Shown here in pieces: positions 12,501 through 21,631 of a stretch of DNA of 64,000 bases. How positions within the stretch are numbered: position 1 is the first letter of the stretch; the number at the start of each line of letters is the position of its first letter. Source of the DNA: Minutocellus sp. GHC0000111 (taxonomy: Eukaryota); NCBI GenBank assembly GCA_977018835.1, contig OZ361258.1, positions 2,728,001-2,792,000 on the forward strand. The letters are read 5' to 3'. The position numbers were made by a program, and so were the translations under genes. A model generated the notes under the pieces. The model did not search any database. It worked only from the letters and a program-made list of their open reading frames with translations, and was not told where the DNA came from.

Positions 12501-13523
12501 CGATCCATCCGGATTGGAATGAGAGCAATCGATGATCCTGGCTGGTTCCCTTTCCACAAAATTTTGGCCCAGGATATGCTTGTCGTTGTTGTGAGCGTGG
12601 TGTTCGCCGTCGTTGCACCAATTGTGCTGTTTCCCTGCGCCATGTTCTGCCTCTTCAGCCGAATTCTGTGGACGCATCACCACCTCTATGTCTACGAAAG
12701 CGTCTTCGAGACAGGGGGGCAATTTTGGCCAAAGATATTCCGTCGCTTTGTCTTTGGTCTGATTGTAGCTCAAATGACCATTACGGGACAGTTCATTCTC
12801 AAGGAAGCTCGGCACGAGGCTTATGCGACGATTGCGCTGATGATTATGACGTACATTTTCCTTCGATCGACTAGGGCGCGTTATGATGCACCAAGCTCCA
12901 CTTTGCCGCTAGAGGTGGCCACTGTCATGGACATTAGTCTGAGCCAAGAGGAAGAGGCTATCAGGGGAAGGGCCAAGGAAGCGGTCGATAGTCATGCTCA
13001 AAAGTTTACTCACTCTTCCAGCAAAGTACAGTTTGATGAATCTGCTGGAGGTGGCGGTATCGGTGACGGTAGCCGTCCCGAAGATGGAGCTGGCAATGAC
13101 CAGGGCCCAGCATCGCCGCTGTCCAGTCAGCAGAGTGGATCGGCTATCGGTACAATTGACCCGTTTGAACAGGCTTATCTGCAGCCGGCCTTGAGGTCTC
13201 ACGCCAGGGCCAGACCGGAACAGCCGTTTCCACCGGCTCAGTTGGGCCGTGAGGAAGTCTTTTTGGGGAAGAATGCGATTGGCGAGCCTCTTGGTGTTAT
13301 CGGAGAGGAGGCTATTTGTGATGTAAGCGCAACCGTGCGATGCTTGAATCAGCAGGACCGCAAAGCTATTGATGAGTGGTGGAGATACCAAATGCGTTCG
13401 GCAGGGAAGCAGAACAAAATGCGTGTATTGATCGGGGAAGAGAGCGGCACTCTTCAAGCCACATCATATTCCGGACCTCTCCGAAGACAAAAGCCCATGG
13501 TCGATGATGCTTCGTTTGTATAG
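9533..13523 (+). CDS. OSCA/CSC1/TMEM63-family calcium-permeable stress-gated cation channel (1290 aa); exons 9533-10402 and 10521-13523
   Basis: Removing intron 10403-10520 (GTAAGT...CAG) gives SDEEIINRIGYDALIFLRF. Further motifs ILPLNFTGG, FTMANV, LWVH, RTVLVSNFP, APEPRDVIWNNI, FFITY and LYVYESVFETGGQFWP, with many transmembrane helices. Frame intact. Confidence 0.93.
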
Positions 13524-13646
13524 TTGAAATAAATTCTAATTATCCTTCATGTTCGTTTTCGCAGTGCAGTTCACGATGATAAACCTCTAGTAGCTACGTA
13601 GCTAGACGTGTAGAGTCAGGCTTTCTTGTCCGTACGAACTCGTTTT

Positions 13647-14703
13647 CTAGCGAATTGTGCTAAATTGGTCCAAGCTGGGCGTTGAAAACTTTGGAAGCGT
13701 TCGGCTCACCCACCCCTGCCTAGCTGCACTATTGCCATTACCATCATCCCGGGTGGCATTTAGCCCAGAAGAGGGGGCTGCTGCCTCTGCTTCGGCCGCC
13801 ATCATCCGCCGATCTGCTTGTACATCACCAGTTCTTCTCGGACCGAAGATTTTTACCATCCGACAATGCGTATCTCGCCCATTCTGGTGCATCGATGAAA
13901 TGGATATTTGCACAAAGTGTGTACGGAGTGGCATTCGCTTCCCCGAAAGTGGCCCAGCAGCAGGATTGTAACCATCATCGGCATCCGGCCCATCCAACAA
14001 ATCTTCGTCATCGACATCGTCCAATGGATCGTCACCGGGCAAGCGATAAAGCGGGATACTGCACCATCCCTGCGGTTCATTCAGCTCCACGCATTTCACC
14101 TCCTCCAAATCATGAAAGGTATTGCCCACCTTGATACTCATGCGCTTCGGAGTGTATGACTCATCGAGCGCGTAGTCCATGAAAAAGGCAAGCTCACACA
14201 CCGTCTGCCTCTTGGAAAACTGGATGTTGATCAGATGCGGTTGGGCCCCATCGCTCTGCCAATACGTTTCGACGGACGAATCTCGTATCTGTTCCACTCC
14301 ATTGCCGGGCTTGGCCGTCGACAGCGACCAAACCGCCTCGTGTCCAATCTCTCGAACGGTGTAGGAAATGATCGGGTCGGAGAGGGAGGCCAGAGTTTGG
14401 TTTGCTGTGATACGGACAACGTTGCCATCGGTCACTTCCGCAGCGGCATCGTCAGCGGCGTCCTCTCCCTCCTCCTCTTCATATTCCTGTGTGGAATTTT
14501 AAATAAATGGGCGAGCAGGATGATAAGAGGTCCGATACATGACATGCAAACAACATTACGCCACAAAATTTGTTGCGTCGCTCCGACACATGCTCCACAT
14601 GACATGTCAGCGCACAGCATTGAAAAATAAACATGACCCGAGACCAACTCACCTCCTCGCTCGCGTCTTGGCTACGCGTGGCGTCATCATCAGATTGAGA
14701 CAT
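13647..14703 (-). CDS. APC10: Anaphase-promoting complex subunit 10 (DOC1); exons 14653-14703 and 13647-14486
   Basis: REIGHEAVWSLSTAKPGNGVEQIRD, TYWQSDGAQPHLINIQF, DESYTP, HQNGRDTH. Phase-0 GTGAG...CAG intron at 14487-14652 joins MSQSDDDATRSQDASEE to EYEEEEG. Confidence 0.93.
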
Positions 14704-14906
14704 GATGGTTGTGTATAGTAGTAGGTATCCTTCCACCGGGTCGCGTTGGTACGCGCAGCCAAGTGAGCAAGCAAATAATAACTGCTGGGCTCCTGCTGGG
14801 GCTTGCTTGGACTGGCTGTTGCTACACGCTCGAACGCGCTTGCTTGCCTTGCTTGCTTGTCGATGTTCTGTCATCGTCACGCGGAACGCGGTTAGAGTGT
14901 GCCGAG

Positions 14907-14958
14907 AAGTGCAAAAACCTCTACGTGTATGGAAAAAGTGCAGAAACCTCTACGTGTA
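14907..14958. promoter_or_regulatory. Direct-repeat pair AAGTGCA(A/G)AAACCTCTACGTGTA with a 29-nt period, between the divergent APC10 and kelch genes
   Basis: Copies at 14907-14929 and 14936-14958 differ at one position. A regulatory role is inferred from position only. Confidence 0.4.
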
Positions 14959-15153
14959 CGTACATGTGTCATGTACGTACGCGTAGATCAAAAAAAGAGC
15001 CAGCCAGAGCAAAAAGAGCCTTCCGCGAGGCGAGTAGATTTTACATGCAGCAGCTACTAATATTTCCGGCTGGATCTACCTTGGTATCTGCGATCTTTGA
15101 CTTCGATAAGTCAATTTACCTTGCTGTCTCTTCCTCGAAGCGAGCAAGCTAGC

Positions 15154-15879
15154 ATGCTGACTGCCTTGAGATCATCCACATCGTTGCTCTTGAAGCCATC
15201 GGCCAGCAAGAGCCACTCCGTCGCATCATTCTGTCAACACTTTGCTCGCGCATCGTCAACTGCAAAGGTATTGTGGCACAAAATCACCCCAATGCCTGAT
15301 CCTGTCGCTGGATCCCCATGCTCTCGGAGCTCCCACTGTTAGGGTGCTCGAACATGGACCGCCCTAGGAACATCCAGCGTTCTCAAAGGTCGTGGCGGGG
15401 CCAATTTAATCACACTAAAGGATGGAGCTTTAGCAGTCGTCGCTGGATTTGCCGGAGAGGAAACAAATGATGGACATGTGATTGCGTCGAATGGGAAGTG
15501 GGCAGAGGCTGGCATGGAAGGTCTGAGCAGCATGAGGCCACGGAGTGTCTGCGCATCGGCATCCTTTCCAGAAAAGGACGTCGCTATTATCTTTGGGGGC
15601 GAAGTTGATCCCTCGGACCGTGGTCATGAGGGAGCAGGTGGCTTTCAAAACAATGTGGTGATCTTGGACTTTCAATCGGGAGCTCACAAAGAGACCATCC
15701 AAAAGTACTCCAGCGATTCAGAATGGCCCGAAGAACGGGGCTGGTCTGATGGAGACGTAGGCCAAGTCGATTCTTCGCTAGATGGAGAGTCTCTCTTCGT
15801 CTTTGGTGGTCTCTCTGGAGATGACAAAGATCCAAGGAGGCTCGACGATTTGTGGGAATGTAGAATCATGTCAGAGTGA
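15154..15879 (+). pseudogene. Kelch-repeat (nitrile-specifier-protein-like) gene with a large internal deletion and an in-frame stop
   Basis: PCSRSSHC is followed by TAG (15340-15342). The same frame then continues GARTWT...KGRGGANL...VVAGFAGEETND...RPRSV...IFGGEVDPSDRGHEGAGGF...ERGW...FVFGG...RLDDLW, which matches the last blades of NSP-type kelch proteins. The intervening blades are absent. Confidence 0.75.
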
Positions 15880-16114
15880 AGCTGGCAATGTCGGCAAGAC
15901 CTTTGTGTCTAACCCTAACACAAGCTACATGTATGTTGCAACAACTCCACTAGTAACTGATGATAGAATCAGTTTTACGACATACCGGTGCAGACTACAT
16001 GTACTAATACTAGCAAGACCTATATGTAGGACTCTTGACCACTGACAAATGTGGTACTTCTAGCATGAGCGGTAGCATAGCAAGGGTAACGGCGGCCGGC
16101 CAGGTCTTTGGCCC

Positions 16115-16162
16115 GTAAAGTGCAGAAACCTTATCACGTATTAGTAAAGTGCAGGAAGCCTT
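16115..16162. promoter_or_regulatory. Direct-repeat pair GTAAAGTGCAG(G)AA(A/G)CCTT with a 29-nt period, upstream of the MBD-RdRP gene
   Basis: Copies start at 16115 and 16144, with the same core and spacing as the pair at 14907/14936. Confidence 0.4.
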
Positions 16163-16315
16163 TCCTTCAGCAATTTTGTTGATTATTGCTTGCTTGCGGC
16201 CCGCGCGATCCACCTCATCGGCCTCATCTTGCTCGCTTGATTGATTCGATTCTTCCCTCCTGAACGACTAATCCCCTATCCTCGCACAATTGCACCCCGT
16301 AATCTACATCTACCT

Positions 16316-19300
16316 ATGGGGAACAGCGAATCTTTGTCGTCGGTTATGGAAAGCTCGCAAGACGCCACAGCCAAGAGAATTTTAGAAACGGAGACATTGC
16401 ATGTACAAGCATCGATGACACCAGTTCGCAGAGAAACGATTGCGCCAGTAGGACAGATTCCATATGCTGAAGTTGGGGGTACTGTTAGCCATGAATGTGC
16501 CAGTACAGAGAAAGTGTGCGATGAGATCGTTGTGAACTCTGGTCCGACCAGCCGCCTGATCCATGAACGTAGGAATCCTAGGACCGGTCCTAGGAGCAAT
16601 CAAGATTGTCGAGGCACATCAGCTGCAGTGTCAACTTTAGCTTCTACTGCTCAACAGCTGGATTCTCATCATGCTCTGGAGCCAGCACCTAGTATTGGAC
16701 CAGGATGGAAGACTTTTGAGGTTGAGCGAAAGGGCAGCATCATAACGAAGGGTCGTGTGGACCGATACTGGATATCACCCAGTGGGAAGAAATTTCGATC
16801 TGTCAAAGAAATAGAAAGATATCAAGAGACACTCAAGGCAACCAATGGGAATGAGGACGCTGCGTACAGTGCGTCTAAATCTCCTTCGGCCGCGAAAACG
16901 GTAGGAAAGAGAAGAAGGGATGAGACCAACTCAGTGGAGTCTCCCACTCCTCGCAAGTGCCGAAGACGCACATGCACTCAACGCAATGAACCCAAAGGAG
17001 ATCAAACGGTAAAGAAAAGACCTAGTAGTTCTAAAGCGCAGAAAGCGGTCAACAAATTTGATAAAGATGCAAAGAAGAATGAGCAGCAGCAAGAAAGAAC
17101 AGGGCCCTCTCTTGAAATATTGCCCTCAAAAGGGGAGAGCGTTGGAACGAGCCCTCTTGTGGTGAATGGTGGACCTGTGGCTCTCATCGTTATGGCTTAT
17201 CCTGGCAAAGTTGATGGTCGATGTTTTCTCGATGAATTTGCGCCTGGGCGAACAATGAAATTCTCTTTTGATATAACACATTCTTCGAGAGCAAGTTCTT
17301 ACAACCCAGAGGCAGAATTCCAGCTAAACGGTGGTACGTACACCGCCTTGGCCACCCGCTTGGTTGGAGAAGGTGCACGCAGCAGCCATGTATGGTCCCA
17401 AAAGAAAAATGCATGTGTATATTATGTCTTAACCAAGGGTGGAGGCCTTCCTGAATTCAATTTACAAGGAGAACTGGAAAAAATTGCCGACTTCAAATCT
17501 TTAGCATCGTACCAAATTCCAGCTCGTTTGGAGGTAAATGAAGAAGCGCTTTCGATATCATTTTTTTCTGAATTCTTTTGCACTACTCGTATGCATTATT
17601 GCAACATGCTTTTGATAGCACACTCCAGTTCATCCACATGCAACTAACAAAACTGCCTACGCTTGTATGTCTCTATCAATATACAGCTCTTGACCTCGCC
17701 AACCCCGTCTTCCCACCCAGAATATATTCGCAGAGTAGAATCATCATGTTTTGTTACCATTGAAGAAAATGGCAACGAGGGATGCGGATTTGCCCCTTCC
17801 AACTACATCGAAGACTTGCTCGGAAACACCGCCGAAGGAAAACGGGCAGATTCAATCCAGGTAAGAATATTTGGGCCGAACATTGGTATCGCCAAGGGAA
17901 TGCTGGTGAAGAAAGCGTCCGCCAAAAAAAATTGAGCTACCTCGATCGATGGTAAAGGTGCCACCTTCCAAATGCTGTAAAGAAAACTGGGTGGCTGTGG
18001 TGGTAAAGGACGCCTTCCCGTCCAAAAAGAATCAATCGATCGGAAACATTTTGGACCCAGACAAAAAAGATCCTAGTCCCAGTGCATCAGAGGAGCTGAA
18101 ACAAAATGTTAAATTATCGGTTATGTATAAGAAACTGTTGCAGGGTTTTGGCGTCCCGGGAAGTGTTCTCGACAAATATTGCGCGTCATTCAAGCGTTCA
18201 GTAGGTGCTTTGAGGCATGCTCACTTGGCGGTAAGTAATGTCATGAAAGGTCTCTTGAGCGGCGCCACGCATAGGGATCCCTATTTGAACATGCTGCGTC
18301 GATTCCATTGATGATATCTGGGGAAAGGTATTACTAATTTATTTGTTTCCCATTTTTTCGCCGAATGTACTCTTATCACGAAGGGCGTTGCCGATCCTAC
18401 TGGCCAACTCCCCCCGGGCAAAGTGTTCATTTCTGGCTACGTTGGCGACAAGCGCGGTGTCCGAAGGCTCTTCGGCGACGTGCATGCCAAAGTATTTTTG
18501 TCCCGGTCCCCCGCTTTGGTGCCAAGTGATGCCAAGCTGCTCGAGGTGGTGGGACAAAAGCCGCTGGAAATGTCGAGCGAAAATTGGAAACACCTTTGTG
18601 GCCTTGGTTTTGGTATTGTAGTTTTTCCTGCGCCACAGGAGGGGATGCCGTCGTTACCTTATCAGATCGCCGAGGGCGATTTGGACGGTGATTTGGTGAG
18701 AATGTTGGTTGCTTGCGTGATTATTTTATTTTCGCTTTACAGAGCAATGTCCCGTGTAATGAAAACTAATCTTTTTGCCTCTCCGTATCGATTCGTCCAC
18801 CGTAGTATCTTTGTGTCTTCGCTCCTGCGATTCTAACAAGCTTAGAAAAGTCAAGCAATCAAGCAAAAATGGAGTTGCAAGTGCGCCTTCCATCCATCAC
18901 CAATGGAACCCTATCTTCAATTACGAAGCGCTTCGAGACGATGTCTATTCACACAAAAGAGGGTGCTATTGACCCTTTTATAGACTCTTCCTACTCTATA
19001 CCATGGCTTTTCGACTCGCAGAAAATATTTCTTGATCTCGCCGTTATGGCTGAGAGCAACTCCCTGACTGGTAAATTATATGGATTATGCAACAAGAAGA
19101 TTGACGAGCACGGCTTTACTCATCACGATGTGAAAGTTTTATCGAGAGCTTACAAAGATTCTCTGGATTCGAAGAAGCACCGTCTGACAATCAGATTGCC
19201 GCCAGAGCTACGGAAGGAGATGCCTAGCAGCTTATGGCATCTACTAGATAGAGTTGAGGATGTAGACATTGACTGCAATGCCAATGACCATTCCCCTCAA

Positions 19301-19693
19301 GGAACATTTGGTTTTGAATCGATACTAAGTCACACCAAGGATCAGAAAGGGAGATGCCTTTTCCAAGTGGAATGGGACTCAGGTGAAATAACAACGGAGC
19401 CAGATACATTTCTCAGGGAAGATGATCCTGTGACGTTCAAGGCTTATCTGCGGTCTTCTGGGCTCGCGTTCACATCCAAGAAATACGCAGATTGGGCAAG
19501 ATCAGTTGAGAGTGATTCGAACTCGGCCGATGATGATGACTCAAGCTCTGAAGAAGAGATCGAAGATGATCCCTCTTTCGTCACGGTCACAGATCAGTTT
19601 GGGAACGTTAGGCGAGTATCCGCCTATGAAGCAGCACGCATCGAACGAATTCGCCGCAACAACGAACGCCTGGCTTCCCTTGGTCTGCTCTAG
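16316..19693 (+). CDS. MBD - RNA-dependent RNA polymerase - chromo-like fusion protein (about 986 aa); exons 16316-17533, 17687-18230, 18384-18695, 18806-19693; one extra A in the A8 run at 17924-17931
   Basis: Three phase-0 GT-AG introns (17534-17686, 18231-18383, 18696-18805) give a collinear cellular-RdRP motif series: [115 protein letters not shown] at 16688-16822; chromo-like segment at 19307-19500. Confidence 0.85.
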
Positions 19694-19820
19694 CTATCTA
19701 GCTAGCTAGCTCCGTAGGAGGTACGTATGTAGCTGAAAATAATATACATATTGCAATATTGCATATTTGTACCAGCTGGCACTACAAAGCTACGTAGCTA
19801 GCTAGAGTACTAGGTACAGC

Positions 19821-21368
19821 TTAAAGGTCGAGATCATCGTCCAAATCCTCTTCATCCATGTCATCGAACTCAGGGTCATCATCCTGAACGAAAATTCGAG
19901 GCCCGGATTTGGACGTTGGCTGACTTTGAGAGTGATCGCCGGCCGTTGCCTTTGTTGCTGCTGCGCTATTTGCCGTATCTCGACCTTCTTCTCCAATTTG
20001 AAGGGTCGGACGGCTTCGCTGTGATGACGATGATGAAGCTGAGGGAGCTTGTGAAGTCGAACTGGCAAGCTCCATCGATGCAAGCTTCTCGGCCGTCGTC
20101 GGCAGCAGCGACTCGTCTCCCCCACTAGCATCGTTCCTAGCCTTGGTCTTTCGCTGCACAACTACCTTCTTTCTCTCTTCTTTGTCACTTTGACCGGACA
20201 ATTTCAGCAATACCAACCTTTCAGCACTTTTGTATCCCAACCCTGTCGCACCAGGTTGTTGTTGTTGTTGTTTCTGCAGCTGGTTTTGTTCCAGGGAAAA
20301 TTGCTGAACATCAGTGCCCAATCGTCCAGCCGCACCACCAACCTTGCCATCGCCACCACCTCTCCTCATTGTCCGCATCTCTCCGCCAGATAGCGTTACA
20401 ATAGCATCTGCCTCATCCTCGAAACGGCGCATATCGGCCGGCTGGATGCTTTCGATCGAAATCGGCGCGACAATGGGTGACAGGGCGATATTATTCGATG
20501 CGCCGTTGATGTTATTGCCGACCGTTCCCCGTCCTAGCAGACGCTGCAAAAAACGATACGTCTTTGCCGAACCATGGTAACTAAGCAATGGGATGATGGA
20601 ATCGAAAATCACGGGGATATCTCTTGTGGCTTCGTTTCCATTTCCGTCGTCAGTTGATGGAATCGACGCTGCGGCACGTTCAATCGTCGCCAGCACAGCC
20701 TTGAGGCTGTCCATTCTCGATGAGTACCAACGATGAGTAGTAGATGGTGCATCATCGTCCTCTTCCTTGTTCTCTCCATCTTCCTCGTCATCACTCTCAT
20801 CCCAACCCAGCGGATCGGATGCCAGATCGACCGTCGCACCATTCCGTTGGAACTGCGCCGCCCATCCACTGTCATCCAATGCATGTGCAGTTCCACAATC
20901 ACCATCACTCCTGGACGGCACACTCAGATTATTCGCAAGTGACACCCACACCACCCTCCCCCCTGTCCGGGAGGCCACCTCCTCCAAGGCCGAGAGTGCC
21001 AGCATATGACCGGCCAAATCCCTCGTGGCCGATTCCGACGGAGTCCGCAGTCCTGCGAGACGGTAGAGCGCATCTTCCGAGGTGGCATTGCTGTTGCTAA
21101 TGGTATCAGACGACACCTTTCTAGAAGTGCCGACCCTCCTGCCTCCCTTTCGACTTCCGCTTCCGTCGGAAGCGCTGGCATCGGCCGGACTCGAGGCTGT
21201 GAGGCGGGTGGTCAGATCGGCAGTGTGCTGAAGTAGGACCAGCCGCGATCTCTTGTTGCTGCCACTGGTACATGGTGTACCGTCTTTTGCCTTTTGCGAT
21301 GATGACAATGACGACGGTGGCCGGGGTAGGAGGCACCGAACGAACGGTGCAGCGGCAGACGTAGCCAT
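19821..21368 (-). CDS. ELP5: Probable Elongator complex subunit 5 (515 aa)
   Basis: C-terminus RIFVQDDDPEFDDMDEEDLDDDLDL matches the acidic ELP5 tail; internal DLASDPLGW, PVIFDSIIPLLSYHG and ADAIVTL fit the RecA-like ELP5 core. ATG at 21368, frame intact. Confidence 0.65.
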   Translation of the reverse strand: MATSAAAPFVRCLLPRPPSSLSSSQKAKDGTPCTSGSNKRSRLVLLQHTADLTTRLTASSPADASASDGSGSRKGGRRVGTSRKVSSDTISNSNATSEDALYRLAGLRTPSESATRDLAGHMLALSALEEVASRTGGRVVWVSLANNLSVPSRSDGDCGTAHALDDSGWAAQFQRNGATVDLASDPLGWDESDDEEDGENKEEDDDAPSTTHRWYSSRMDSLKAVLATIERAAASIPSTDDGNGNEATRDIPVIFDSIIPLLSYHGSAKTYRFLQRLLGRGTVGNNINGASNNIALSPIVAPISIESIQPADMRRFEDEADAIVTLSGGEMRTMRRGGGDGKVGGAAGRLGTDVQQFSLEQNQLQKQQQQQPGATGLGYKSAERLVLLKLSGQSDKEERKKVVVQRKTKARNDASGGDESLLPTTAEKLASMELASSTSQAPSASSSSSQRSRPTLQIGEEGRDTANSAAATKATAGDHSQSQPTSKSGPRIFVQDDDPEFDDMDEEDLDDDLDL

Positions 21369-21631
21369 GGGTGGTCTCAACCAAACCAGAAAAATGCCAC
21401 CCTTGAAACATGAGACGCGTGCGACGGCCAGACTGAAAGACTCTGCACATGCGCTGCTGCTGCGCATGCGTTCACTCAACAAGATACCGGCCAGCCAGTC
21501 CCAGCACATCTTGTGTGTTGATAACTCTCGATTGGTTGCATCGCTAAAGTACATTGGATATTTGATTGCGCTGCCAGCCTTAAAGAAGCAGTCGTCTCAT
21601 ATCATACATTCATCGCCACAAACAAATATTC
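21369..21631. promoter_or_regulatory. Putative bidirectional promoter (263 nt) between the ELP5-like gene and the giant FG-repeat gene
   Basis: Head-to-head ATGs at 21368 (-) and 21632 (+). Confidence 0.5.

Noticed and set aside
16316..16333. MGNSES as an N-myristoylation signal on the RdRP fusion
   Set aside because: It fits MGxxxS, but the start codon is unverified and the motif is too short to support alone.
16316..19693. Viral or retrotransposon origin of the polymerase gene
   Set aside because: The catalytic motif is cellular-type DLDGD, not viral GDD or RT YxDD; the gene has spliceosomal introns and no LTRs, integrase or RT.
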